This document shows, piece by piece, positions 1 to 14,059 of a DNA stretch of 64,000 nt. The stretch lies in the NCBI RefSeq assembly GCF_009914755.1, contig NC_060930.1, one strand, 5' to 3'. This stretch comes from the human T2T-CHM13v2.0 reference genome, Homo sapiens. Position 1 is the first letter of the stretch. Every line of letters starts with the position of its first letter. Under the pieces are notes generated by a model that was given only the letters and a program-made list of their open reading frames with translations, made no database searches and was not told where the DNA came from. The translations under genes and the position numbers were made by a program.

Positions 1-1084
1 TGCAAGACAAAGTCCCATTTACTTTTCCCTCTGCTTGTCTCAAACAGAAGGAATCTTTCACTGTAGCCACCACAGCTGGGAATGTGCTGGGTCACCCCAA
101 AGCCAGCATGTCTCAGAGCCCAAGGCCCATGGTGTACTACCTGGGTATTGCTGCTGTTTAATCAGAGCCCAAGGGCTTTTTAGTCAGCAGGTGATGAATC
201 CTGCCAGGACTGGGCCCTTCCCTTCAAGACAGCAGGTTCCCTTTTGGCCCAAGGTGTGTCTAGAAATGTCATCCGGGAGCTAGGGTCTGGACTGGGGGCC
301 TAATGACTTTGCCCAGTGCCCTATCCTACTGTGGCTGGTATCTAAGGTTCAAGACAACATCCTCTTGACTCTTAGGTCTCCTCTTCTTGAGCAGAAAGAA
401 GGGGACACTTTTGTTGCTGCCAGCTGTGTTGCCTCAGGTTCGGGGAGGGATGGTGCAAGCATTCCCTTAGCTGCACCAGCTTGTGTCTTGCTAGGTCACA
501 TGCCACCCTAGTTCACTGGCTCTGAACCCAGCCTAGCACTAGGAATTGCCTAGGAATTGCAGTCCTTGTGTCCAAGACTGCCTTCCACGTTTACCTATGA
601 CCCCAGAGCACTTCATCCCACAGTGGTGAGGCTTGCCAAGAAACTCAAGTTCCGACCACTAGGCTGAAGAAGTCACCTCTGGCTAGGGCTGGTTCGAATG
701 CTCCCTCTGTGTGCAGGCGCTGGAGGACACCAGCATGGCTTTATTCTTTGCCATGACGGGACGGCACTGAGTTCAATGTAAAGTCCCCCAGGCATTGCAA
801 GCTTTCTCCCCAAAGTGCACAGATCTCTCTCCATGCTGCATGGCTGCTGGCAGGGAATGGGGGAGTAGTGCCACTGGCAATTCAAGACTATCTCTCCTGC
901 CCTCTTTAATGCCTTTCTCCATGATATGAAGTTAAATCCAGGTGCTGTGATTACTCGCCTGATTTTTGGTTCTAGTGATGGTGCTTTTCTCTATGCTGTT
1001 AGTGGCTACAATTTGGTCTTCCAGCGGTGGCAGTGAGGGTGGGGGTGGGCAATGAATGGTATAAGCTTCCATCTTGCTCTGCCT
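1..1084 (-). mobile_element. Old L1 (L1PB/L1MA-type) 5' UTR, antisense, continuing off the window start
   Basis: Reverse complement of the right end reads AGGCAGAGCAAGATGG, a typical L1 5' start; body resembles antisense L1M/L1PB 5'UTR. Confidence 0.75.
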
Positions 1085-1087
1085 TTA

Positions 1088-1240
1088 GAGTTAAATAATT
1101 TTGGGGAAGTCCCTTAACGTATCTGAACCTCAGGTTTCATATCTTTCGAGTAAAGGAAATAGTACCAGTATGTAAGCTCAATGAGACAGTGCATGTGACA
1201 GCACTTTATAAATTTTAAAGCACTATAGAACTGTTGGGCA
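1088..1240 (+). mobile_element. MIR fragment
   Basis: Degenerate MIR core (cttaac..tctgaacctcaggtttcatatct) followed by 3' segment ..gcactttataaa..aaagcactata. Confidence 0.6.
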
Positions 1241-1362
1241 TTTTGATTAATGAGTATCTAGGCTGACTTCTATATTTCATAAGGTGGAGATAAAAATATA
1301 TTAAGGTGCACTGTCACTGTCATACACAAAAGTGGGCCTCTAGGGCTGAGCTCCCACCGCTA

Positions 1363-1796
<434 letters not shown>

Positions 1797-1839
1797 TTAA
1801 AAAAAAAGTTGGAAGGGAAATGTAAAGGATCATGTAGTC

Positions 1840-2181
1840 CATAGGTTGACAAGCTTTTTCTATAAAAGTCCAGAAAGTAAATATTTTAGGCTTTACTGGT
1901 CATACAGTCTCTGTTGCAGCTACTCAACACTGCTGTTATAGCACAAAAGCAGCACCAACAGACCATATATTAAAAAAATGAACATGCTTGTGTTTCAATA
2001 TAACTTTATTTGTGGACATTGAAATTTGAATTGCATGTAAGTTGCATGAGTCAAAAAATATTATTTTCCTTTTGATTGTTTTTCAGTCATTTAAAAATGT
2101 AAAGTCATTCTTAGCTCACGGGTCATACAAAAATAAGTGGTGGGATGGATTTGACCCAAGTGTTGTAGTTTGCAAAACCCT
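1840..2181 (+). mobile_element. MER58B-like hAT-Charlie MITE
   Basis: Degenerate TIRs (cataggttgacaagc / gtttgcaaaaccct); exact 8-bp TSD ATGTAGTC at 1832-1839 and 2182-2189. Confidence 0.85.
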
Positions 2182-3131
2182 ATGTAGTCTATTTCTCTCG
2201 GTCCTGGGTTAACTGTGAGGGACAACCTAAATCTACTAGCTGCTAATTTAGCTGTTAAGGATACTTGAAAAAATAGGATAATTAAGACTTTGCAGTGAGA
2301 GAATATCATTCAAAAATCAAATAATGAAAAAAATCTATACAGAGAATTTTTTAAAGACTTTATTTAGATAAAAGGGGTGATTTACACATACTGTGCCAAA
2401 GAAAATGAAGACATAACTGGACCTCCACTGATAAGAATGTCCAGCTAGATTAAGAAGTTTGCTAATTGACACGTGTAAGTTTAGAAAAGATAAACAGAGC
2501 TTCATTTGTAGGACACATAAGCTGTGTTGTTATGCACAGACAGACCAAGTTCACTGTTGCTAAGAATCCTGTCAGATTAAATCAACCTGCAAATATATAA
2601 TTGTGACATCTTGTTCTCTTTGGTACAGTGTGTGCCACTGTAGTCATTATCTCAAAGCTCTTTCACTCTGAAGAGCATCAGTGTTTAATTATATTCTTTT
2701 ATGAGACCTCATTTGTAGACATCATCCTCTTTCAGAGTTGGCTTTGCTGAGGGAAAGTAGGTCATTTTTTCAAGACTGTCCCAGTAGTGCTGAACAGTAA
2801 GCCTCTCAACAATGTCCTTTTAAACAGAGCATCTTGTGGAACCAAAACTCCTTGTTCTTGCTTTAAATTCTTTAGCTGTAAGTTGACAGATGAACTCATA
2901 TCCCAATTCCTACAGGCCCTCACTGTCCACAACAAGGCCCAGGGGAAGATTATGGGCTTGTGGTTTGTTCAGTCTAGCACGTGGGTCAAATTCTTCATAA
3001 CAAATGGAGAAAAACATATTTTATGTCCATTATTTCGAAAGCTAAAACTATGAGTTATTTGAGAATAATCTCTAAGAAACTCTGTGAGAAAAGGAATAAT
3101 AGTTAATATGTGATATGAAGGTTGAGAAAGA

Positions 3132-3348
3132 CAAAAGGTTGACAAACTATGGCCCAAGGACCATATCTGACCCACTGTTGTTTTAATAAATGTGGTTTTA
3201 TTAGAGCACAGTCCTGTTTGTTTATCTATGTGTTGTCTATGGCTTTCTTGCTACGATAGCACACTTAAGTAGTTGAAACAAAAACCTATGGCCTGCAAAA
3301 TCTATAACATGTACTGGTCCTTCAGAAAAAAAATCTTGCTGACCCCTG
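3132..3348 (-). mobile_element. MER58A-like hAT-Charlie MITE
   Basis: Ends ggttgacaaactatggccc..ttgctgacccctg. Confidence 0.75.
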
Positions 3349-3859
3349 CTAAAGACTGTCAAAATCACAAAATTAAAAGTATAAATGAACTTGAGTTAGC
3401 TATTCAAGTGTTGAAAAAATTTTCAGAATTACATTATGTTTGTTATGCTATTTTCAACTTAAAATGAGACATAATGCCAAAAGTGCTTTTATTCCCCTTT
3501 GTTCATCTAAATTAATTACTATCTGGCTTAGTAGTACTGTGTATTCTACTGGTACTTCAAAAATAAAAAAAAAAAAAACAAAGTTCTTTCTGAGTGTGTG
3601 TATGTGTGTGTTGTGTGTGTATGTGTCTGATTATGTGTGTTTAACAAAAACACAATTTCTGAGTTTTTTATTTTAAATTGAAATGGGAGATATACATTCA
3701 TGCTCTCAGCATACCCAACCTTCATGGGCCTGAAAATTCATTAATAAGCATCAAACCTGGGAGGAGATGATGCTTCAGACCTAAGAAATTGCTCAGATGC
3801 TTGATTAAGGAGGAACTAGTGCCCTTTACCCAGTATAAGATTTCTTACTTCCTTAGAAT

Positions 3860-4476
<617 letters not shown>

Positions 4477-6082
4477 TCCCCAGGATCACTTTAGAGTAGG
4501 AATCATGTTATATACTATCCTTGTCCGTATCTCCAAAAGTGGGGAAGGGCTACTCAGGAGAAGGACATTACATGGGTGCTAATCCATGTGTCTCATGGAT
4601 AATTCTACCAGTTAGCCAACTTCCTTATCCTCTCTTGGAGATGGTCAACACACACTACAATGTGCTTAGAGAAAATAATAATCTGGTTCAGTAGAAGGTT
4701 GGATTCAGCAAAGAAACTACTGATACTTTTTAACAAAATTAAGATACAATTGTTTTCCTTTACTTTCTCCAGGTTATTTTTACATGCATATATCATTAAA
4801 AAGTACCACTGACTCTCTCTCTCCCAGTCAGTACGCAGCTGGAAGTGGGATTTCCTTTGGCAGTTATTGAAGAACTTGTTTTAAGACTGAATATATATGA
4901 GATTTTTGAGTTCCACAAATGTGGTTGTATTTCTAAAAAGAAACTTTTCCTAACTAGAATCCATTCACCAATGCCAAATTAAATATTTGGTCAAATATAG
5001 CACCAGGGAATTAAAAGTATATGTAAGTATCTTTTCTAGAAATTCTTATTTTTATCATATGGTTTTTCTTTTGAAAGTCTAAAAGTAATCCAAATGCCCA
5101 TCTCCTAACCCACTGAATACTTACCATTAATAATGATTTACTTATAAAGGTCTTCTGTAAAGGGAACAAGGGCTTAGTATGTGGAATGGCAGCTTGATTT
5201 TTCTTTTTTTGACATCTGTTAAAAATGAGCTATGATATCATCAATCATATTAACTCTGTGGTATTGTGTTATTCCTTGGGTGTTCTGATTTCATATGACA
5301 GCTTTTTCTAGGATTCAAACCATAAACATTTCCTCTAGAGACTGTAATGAGAGGTACAATTATCAACCCAGGGGACTGTACATGATAAAAAATATATATA
5401 TACCATTTTGCACTCTCTTCCCTAACCCACAAAATTAACTCTTTACCATAATTTTCTACAAATAGAAGAACAAGTAGAACCACTAGAAGCTGAAAAATCT
5501 AAAGGTTTAATTGCCAAGAACAATTTGGAACGATAGAAATTTTTTCTAAATGTATATAAAGCATGTAAGAAAATGTGTATTATAGATTTGAGCGGAATAT
5601 ACCAATCTGTAAAGTAGTAACCAAAACTGATAAACATGGAAATTCTATCACTTTATTTAAGAATAATGAAGTATTTTATTGTCAAATTCTAGTAGTATTC
5701 TATTTATACAAAAAGGAACATAGAAAATAATTTTGTTTAAAAAGGTGGCATTGATAGGAAAATAGCAGAGTATTTCCTCATATCTAAATTATATATATTT
5801 CTTTTTGGATACTCATACACAACCTAATAGTTTGAAACCCAATTCTCAACTAAATGTCAAAGTGGGGGGTGTGTGTGTATGTGTGTGCATTTTAGGCTAC
5901 TTAATGCTTATTTGTATTATAGACAACAAAATAGCATCAGATGCATTTTGTTGTTGTAATTTATACACTGGATTTTAATGTTGCTGAATGATTTTCAAAT
6001 TAGCTTACATTAAATAAACTTATGCCTTTTTATTGTTACTCATGTCAAGAATAAGCACTCTAAGAGACTTTACCAAGAGTTT

Positions 6083-6462
6083 TGTGAAGGAGACTAGCTG
6101 GATTTTCATCACTCTCATTTCCTCTTCCTCTTGAGCAAAGTGCAGCCATGCTAGTAATTATGCCCAGCTGTGGGAATGGCTTCTGCCAGTTGAATATATA
6201 TAAGTGGAAGTGATTTGTGCCGTTTCTAGGCTTGGCCCATAAAAACTTCCCATTTGCAATTCTCTGTGTTATTTTTTCAGTGACTGTAGAAGCTGTGTGT
6301 GGAACGCGGTAGAGCCACAGGATGGAAAGGTATCAGCTCCCTAATCATGGAGAAGAGCCATCTGCCAATCAAGAAAACCGATTTTGGACTTTAAGTGAGC
6401 AAGTAATAAGCCACTGATGTTTGAGAATTTATTACAGCAGTTAGAGTTACCTTCATAAATAC
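6083..6462 (+). mobile_element. MLT1J-type MaLR solo LTR
   Basis: TG..CA ends; gaagtgatttgtgccgtttctagg, agagccacaggatggaa, aagccactga..ttacagcag..aataca. Confidence 0.75.
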
Positions 6463-7201
6463 AAATTTGAATTAATTTAGATGTGATTTGGAATTATTAT
6501 TTTTTAAGTCTACATGCTAACAAATCTATGGAAATGTTGGAATGAAGTTATTTCTTAAGAATTTTCACAAAGTAACTCGAGTTACTAATAATTCCATTTT
6601 CTGATAACCTGCTAAACAGCTTTGATATAGGGAATTTGAAAAATTTAAGAATAAAAATAACGAATAAATAAAACAAAGCTCAGGGGCTTCTTTATACTAC
6701 CAGCTACATCATATCTCCATGATAAAAATATGTTAGAAGAAATTTCAGGCACTTACAGGCTCTCCTTACATATGAACATCAGGATCTCATTGAAACTAAC
6801 TTATGTGCAGACCACAGTGAGGAACGGACTATCAAAGGAATGATTTTCAATCCTGTATAACCATTGTATCACACTTAACCCCTAGTATAATTAATCTGCT
6901 TTGCCTAACTGGGGCTGGTGACCATCAGAGGAGAAGGAAGAAAGAAAAATAAAAAATATTCACATTGACTCCAGTTCCATGTCCCAGTCCACCGTTCTGC
7001 TTTTCGTGGAGAAATACACCTTCTTGGACATCTCAAGAAACACTCACAAAATATAGAGATAAATAAAAGCTATAGAAAACAACCTCAGCAAATTTAGGTT
7101 TGCATTGTGCAAAAGGTAACAGTGTCATGTTACACTCCCACAATCCTTTTAGGAGCATTCAATATAGAATTATTATAAGTTGTAGATAACTTTTGGAGCA
7201 G

Positions 7202-7705
7202 TGTTAGACCCACGGCCTACCTATATGAGAATGTCCTTCCCTTTTGATGGAGGTTTGTTTCCAGGACTTGTATCCGTACCATGTGACTCCACTCCTGACC
7301 ACAGTGCATTGGATCAGCTGGGCAAATAAGATTCTCCCTCTAGGAATTTTGGCATATAGATATAGCAACCCCAGTAAGTTTAGACTATTACCAGAGATGA
7401 TGAAAATTGTCATATCTTAGTACAAAATGGTGTCATTCTTCAGAGAAAAATTATTCAGACCTAAAGATGAGAGAGCCTGAGCAAGTTAAGGAGAAGGAGG
7501 AAGAAAGAAAGAGAGAGACAGAAACAGGGACAGAGACTGAGGATGAATATTATGAGAGAGAGCCTAGATTACTAGTCGCTTTCCATTTCCTGGTTCTAAA
7601 CCCACTGCTGAAATATGTTTAGCTTCTGGATTCACCCAGAATAAAAGTGCAAATGAATTGCACATTCAAAGCTCCCTCTTATGGACCAGTTCTGGCTAAT
7701 ATTAA
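7202..7705 (+). mobile_element. Old ERVL/MaLR LTR remnant (MLT1K/L- or LTR16/33-like)
   Basis: ctgggcaaataagattctccctctaggaattt motif and GA-rich middle; heavily diverged. Confidence 0.45.
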
Positions 7706-7789
7706 ATTACATCTTTAATGGGCCTTCCTCCTTCAACCCTACATTCCCAACATTCATAATTTTTTCCTCTGCTTTAGTAATTTTTCAAC

Positions 7790-8048
7790 AAGTCATTTCC
7801 TACTTATCTGTAAAGATCTGGATCAAATATCACCTCCTCTGTGAAGTTTTATCAAATTCTGTTAGGCAAAGTTAGTCATTGCTGCACCTGTGTTTTCACA
7901 GTACTTTCCACATTCCCGAATTATAACTATTTGCTTATGAAACTCCCATCCATCAAACTAGAAGGACTTGTGGGTTCTTGAATCTCCAGCATCTAGCAGT
8001 TTCTGGCACACAGTGGGCTCTCAATAAATGTTTATTAAGTGAATGAAT
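7790..8048 (+). mobile_element. L2 3' end
   Basis: aatatcacctcctctgtgaag..ctggcacacagtgggctctcaataaatgtttattaagtgaatgaat. Confidence 0.8.
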
Positions 8049-9384
8049 CGATGCAGCAATTACTTCCTCTATGATGTTTTAAAACAACAAGACACTCCCA
8101 AAATCCTGTGTCTGTCCTCAATCTTTTGAAGGGAACTTTCCCTTTATAAGCAACTATTAGCTTTCTTGCTCTCCATCCATACTTCTCTTGAGGCAGGCTC
8201 ATTCTAGAACACTTACTATTCTATAACTCATATATTTTTCATAAGAAGTGACTCAATCCTGCTTATAGCTAGGGTTCATTAGCAAATGAGGCTTTCACAC
8301 TGCAAATATCACTCCTAGAGTGAGTTTACACTTAGAGAAGACATACAGAAAAATTAATTGAAGAGCTTCAGAAATTACTATAATTTGGATTTATTCACAG
8401 GAGTTAGCCTACTTTACTGTTCAACGTAGAAAGATATGTTAGTTATACCATGAAACATCAAACTGATTTGAAGAAAAGTATAAATTATAATACAGAATTT
8501 TTTAAAGGCCTAAATAAGCCTATAGCATATCAGAGCAGCAAGTGAAACGACTCAGATATCCTAAGTCTCAGCAATGCTCTTTATCACTTTGGAATCCAAA
8601 TTTCCAGTTTCACTATTGTGATTTCAGAGGGTAGCTACATAACTAAAACTCATATGCAGCACATGTAGCTACAGGGCTTCTGCTGTCTTCTTGTTTCAAA
8701 GAGGCATGAGCTGTTGGCTCACCAGATTTTTAAATATCTATTGAGGGAAACAAGAGAGAAACAAAGCAAAGGGATTTTTTTTAACTGCATGTATATGTGT
8801 GTCTGTCTGTTTCTCTACTGTGTGGGTGTGTGTATGTATGCAAAATTATATGACATTATATACAAGTATATATCCACAATAATATATATGTATGTGTATG
8901 TATATGTGTATATGTATATAAGTCTGAAAGTGTTTTTTTTTATTTTTTCCTCCAACCCTTCATAAGGTGAAGTTTCATCAAATCACATCATGTGACTCTC
9001 CAGGAACCTCACTGAACGGGTCTGACTCATCGTCTGGGAATTTTAAATAGGCATGTGCTTCCATGAGAGTTAATACTTAAAAATACACGTACACACAAAC
9101 TGGCAGTGAAAGAGAGAAAAAAAAAAACAAAACAAGTGAAACTTTTGCTTGGCACAAACGCTCAGGTCAGACACTGGCCACTCAATATTTCACAGTTAAT
9201 TACCAGGTGGAGTTACCTTTAGAGTGAAGGTGGTGGCTCCGTGCTCAGGGGGCAGAGGCAGTAAATCTATATTTATATCATTAAGTCAGCCAGGTTGGAT
9301 TAAGCAGTGAAAGGGACTGCCCCTGAAATCGCTGACCCTGATTCCCCTCTGTGATATAAAATTTTCCTGAGAACCGAGGGCTGT

Positions 9385-9403
9385 GTCTGCCCACTAGTGG
9401 TCA
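9385..9403 (-). promoter_or_regulatory. Candidate CTCF site
   Basis: Minus strand TGACCACTAGTGGGCAGAC; one core mismatch to CCASYAGRKGGCR; motif match only. Confidence 0.4.
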
Positions 9404-10629
9404 GGTGGCAGAGCTGGTGGGACCCAGACATTCCCTAGAGGATTTTATGCCAAGTTCTATCTGGATCAGTTGGGAATTGGCCCTGGCCACCCAGTCTGCT
9501 TTTTAAAAAGCATTTCGAGATCTATCAACTCAGCCCCATGAGATAAGTCAGTAAGAATAACACAGGCTATGTCAATCTTGAGGGAAGGTTTCTGTTTGCG
9601 ATAGTTACCTTAAACTCTTATTAATGACGAGTAACTGCACTAGGAACTAACATTTCTAATCTATTACCAAAAGATCACCTGAGTCAGTAACACTCAGTAA
9701 AGACTAATCACTTTTTTCTTTCTCTTCCCAGACCTTCATAGAATACCACAACGACGTTTTTCTATTTGAAAACTACGAAATGTTCTTCCATTGTTAAAAG
9801 AATTAATTTGGAAAACTTTAAGTTAGAATTAAAAGTCTTTTACTTAATTGGCCCCAAACTATAATTTCCTCTTTATCTTTATTAAGTTCCTAAATGAAAT
9901 CTGTATTCTAGCTAAACTCAAACACTATTGTTAGCTGACTTTTCAGTTTTTCCTCCATGCTTTACTCATGACTGCCTACTTGAAGCACTCACCATGTTCT
10001 AATACCTACCCACCTACCTACTTACCTATACAAATATTACCCTTGATTCAAAGCCAAATCCTACATCATCAAACTCTGAAATGCCTGAGATTAGCATGTA
10101 CTAAGTATATGAAACTTCCTATAGCCTCCTTTCATTGCCATATTTGTATCTCAAGCAATAACTTAGATATATGTCATCTCTACAGGAATTATGTCATATA
10201 CTCCTTTTAACCCTTATAATGTCCGGTAAAGTTTTTTGTTGTTGTTGTTGTTTTTATTTGTTTCTGGTTTTTACCTTGGAAAAGGGTGTCCACAAATATT
10301 TGTTGAAAGTAAAACACAGAGATAAATCTGTGATTAAATTTATCAGTCAAGACTCAAATCCAACACAGTTTTATTGTGGTCCAACGTAATAGCACCAATA
10401 ACAAAGCTACCCCTCCATGGGTTTAGTTTTCTCTATAACTCCTAGGAACATTAATCTTGCATTGTGGGTAGAAAAAGGCTGTTGGGTGGCGTATTGACTC
10501 CCTGATAAAGTATAAATTTTCTTCAACCTTCACATGAGTGTTAGACTTCATGATATGCAGATTTTCTCAATTTTAGCACATTTTAAAATAAAAACTGTTT
10601 GTATGAAATACCATTGGAAAACTTAAATA

Positions 10630-11007
10630 AGTTTTAAGGAAATTCAAATCCATGAGCTCATCCTTTTCTTTCACCACTTCTTTGTCCAGTGACATTAGGA
10701 ACAACCAGACCATCTCATTATATTCACTAGTTTTCAAAAAATGTTCAGTAGCATCATACATAAAGTTACTGAGTTCCTTGATTCTTTTAAGTGAGTGATT
10801 AAGAAGATCCAAAGCAGATATTTTGTGTATCTCTGTTACCAATTCATGCTATGGACTATCAATTCTCTCCTTACTACTGAAAATAGAGACATGAGCATCT
10901 TTAAATGTAAACATATTAGACAGCCAATTCTGGAAACGCTAGAACCAATTCCGAAAATGATTCCTGAAATTCTCTTCCTCTAGAATCACTCTTGGTATTA
11001 AAATGTC
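10630..11007 (-). mobile_element. ERVL internal fragment: PBS region and decayed gag N-terminus
   Basis: ORF 10573-10842 (-) EIHKISALD..EYNEMVWLFLMSLDKEVVKEKDEL resembles ERVL Gag (..EHNEAGWLLLSSVDKVMKENDEL, recalled); abuts the MLT2 LTR 3' end. Confidence 0.8.
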
Positions 11008-11053
11008 TGTATTTGTTAGGGTTCTCCAGAGAAACAGCCAATAGGAGATATAT

Positions 11054-11144
<91 letters not shown>

Positions 11145-11550
11145 AGATTAGAATTAGTTTTCTTGATTATGTAGTCTGAGACGTACCATGATCTGGCATC
11201 TGCAAGTTATAGATCTAGGAGAGTCAATGGCATAGTTTTAGTCCAAGGCTGAAGACCTGAATGCCTGAAAACCGAGAGACAGTCCTAATCCAACAGCAGG
11301 AGAAGACTGATGTTTCAGCTCAAGCAATTGTGCAGAGAAAGCAAATTCTCCCTTCCTCTCCCTTTTTGTTCTATTCAAGCCCTCAACAAGTTAGATCAGG
11401 CCCACCCACACATTGTGCTTTACTCAGTTTAACATATTCGAGTGTTAATCTAATCCAGCAACATTCTCATGGACACACCCAGAAGTAATATTTAACCAAG
11501 TATCAGGCATCTAGTGATGCAGTCAGGATGACAAATAAATTAGCCAGCAA
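11008..11550 (-). mobile_element. MLT2 (ERVL) 5' LTR
   Basis: tgtatttgttagggttctccagagaaacag..cacacccagaagtaata..aattagccagca. Confidence 0.85.
11057..11143. repeat. Compound (TG)n(AG)n microsatellite inside MLT2
   Basis: Direct reading. Confidence 0.95.
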
Positions 11551-11944
11551 AAATATCAGATCTGTTATAAATATTTAAAATTCGGTATTTTTTCTTCTAA
11601 TTTATAACTCTTCAATTCTCTAAACACTTTATACCTCAAATATTGATAGAAAAAATGCTTTAGTTTACTCATATGGTTGTTAAAATTGTTTTAAACTTGT
11701 TTTTATATTTATCATTAGTCTCATTTTTATAATTGTTTGATATAAATAACCCATCAACTTTTTCTGTTCTAATAGTTTTCTTTCCTAGTGTAAAGAAAGT
11801 TATAACTCATCAACTAGCAAAGAAAAACATTTCAAAAGAATTTTGCCTTTCTCTTCAGATTTTCTCATCAAAATGACTTTATTCTCTCACAAGTATAACA
11901 AAAGTTATGCTCAGAAAACTTCTAGTGTAATTTCACTCACTTGT

Positions 11945-12120
11945 TTTCTTTACTTCCTCCTCCATTTTTTCTTTCCTTCCTTCTTTTCCTCCCGTCCTCC
12001 TTTACTTCCTTTTCTTCCTTCCTTCCTTCCTCCCTCCCTCCCAACCTCCTTCCTTCCTTCCTTCCACCATCCTTCCCTCCCTCCTTCCTTCCTTTCTTTT
12101 CTTGTTTCTTTCTTTTTTTT
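11945..12120. repeat. Polypyrimidine (CCTT/CCCT)n low-complexity tract
   Basis: Direct reading. Confidence 0.9.
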
Positions 12121-12183
12121 ATTTAATTATCTCACTATGCAGCTCTTCCTTCCTCTTAAAATCAATTTACTCCCGGTCCAGCC

Positions 12184-12276
12184 ATTATGATTTGCCTTAA
12201 AAAGTTTCCCAAACAATCCCACCAGATCCAAGATTTCTTGTCAGCTTCTTCAGCAACTATCAATTAACAGAATTTA
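12184..12276 (+). repeat. 93-bp dispersed direct repeat, copy 1
   Basis: 89/93 identical to 13160-13252. Confidence 0.95.
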
Positions 12277-13159
12277 AAGTCTCAAAATCCAAACTTGGAA
12301 CAAAAGAATAAAACAATTCTTTAAGTTTAATTATACTGTCCCAAATAAATTCAATAGAAAATATATCAGAAGGGAAAAAGTAATTAAATGATCAAGATAG
12401 AAGCTGTCAAAAATAGCCATTATACTTTCTAATCTCTTTTCTCCAAAATATCATCAGAAATCATACTTCAGACATATGAGTGAAGATATCTGACCAGGGG
12501 TTCTGGTAGAGAACAGTTGACAATGTAATATGTATGCCAATATTATTTTGCTATTTAACTCTTTGAAAAATTCATCGTTTTGTCATTATAAAAGAGTGTT
12601 ATAAAAAATTCTAATTTCTTTCTTTATTCAAAAAACAGTTATTAAGCATCTTGCTCATTTCAGGCCACGTGGGAAGCATTGATAGAAATGTAGAATGGAT
12701 GCTATGGAATATATGTCATCAGTTACAGCTTTGGTTCTTTATAGACTGAGGGATGCTTTATGTAGATCTTTGTTATGGTACCGACTAGACTGATTCAGAT
12801 AGCCAGCTACTACATAGATTATTTTCCAAATCATTACAGTCTATCTACCTACTCCTTAGATCGGTTGTTCATGGAAATATGGTACAGTCATTGAGAAAAC
12901 CAAAGACACAAATAATTGATATGTAAATTGTCGTTTATCATTGGTTTGTGTGTCATTCATTATGCCCTCTTAGAAAGAAGACAAAGTTACTTAGGAGAAA
13001 ATAAAAACAAGAAGATATAAAACAGAAATAATATTTTTAAAAAGCATAAAGATATTTTATGATGCAAAGGCATTAAAAATCAAATCTTTCTAGCTCATTG
13101 GTAACTTAGGAAAGTAGGTATAATTTATAGCTACCATCTTTAAGGAATATTTTATGAGG

Positions 13160-13252
13160 ATTATGATTTGCCTTAAAAAGTTTCCCAAACAATCCCACCA
13201 GATCCAACCTTTCTTGTCAGCTTCTTCAGCAACTATTAATTAACAGGATTTA
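13160..13252 (+). repeat. 93-bp dispersed direct repeat, copy 2
   Basis: 89/93 identical to 12184-12276. Confidence 0.95.
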
Positions 13253-14059
13253 TCTCTTATCAGATTGGGATCAAAGGGAATAAACCACCCTGCGCAGAGA
13301 TTATGCTTTAGGCATTTATTCTCCAATTCATAAATTAAATAGCAATGTGATACAGAAGAAAATAATGACTGACAGATTAGGGCTATTACAAATGAGTATA
13401 ATATCTCAAGGCAGGAGGTTAAAATAAAAATAATTTAGCCTTCCTTTTATATGTATGCCAGAGCAACAGGGCCCCATTATCACCCCATATGTATATTTTC
13501 CTTCTTGAATAAATTATTATATAAGATTGTTTATTCATGTGTGGACATAACCTAGTGCTATGGCAACTATGGAACAAAACATTATATATTCACATTTCAA
13601 TTTTTTATAATACTGTTTATTTTGTATTAGTCACATGGAAACAGACTTCCAGAGAAGCTCTAATGAATAGTTTTAAATGTATTCTCCTATTGATTTTGTT
13701 ATATGACAGTGAGAATTTCTTAACAACATGAAGGAAACCATAGAATTATAAAGCTAGAAGAGAGGTTGAGGTCAAGATGGCTGACTAGATGCAGGTAGTA
13801 TGTGCATCCTCCACGGAGAGGAACCAGAATAGTAAGTAGAGATATTTTGAAGAGATCATCTAGGAGAGAACACTAACATTCACCAGAGATAGAAAGCACC
13901 AGAAGTAAGTAAGGAGAGGTTTTGAGGCAGCTTGCCTGGCCGGGGACTAAGAGCCAAAAGAGGTTCCTGGAGATGGGGAATCAGTAAGAGAGAAACCCCC
14001 AGGGCTCCATGTTCTGAAACAAACTTTTATAATCTTGGCTACAGGAGAAACCTTTGACC

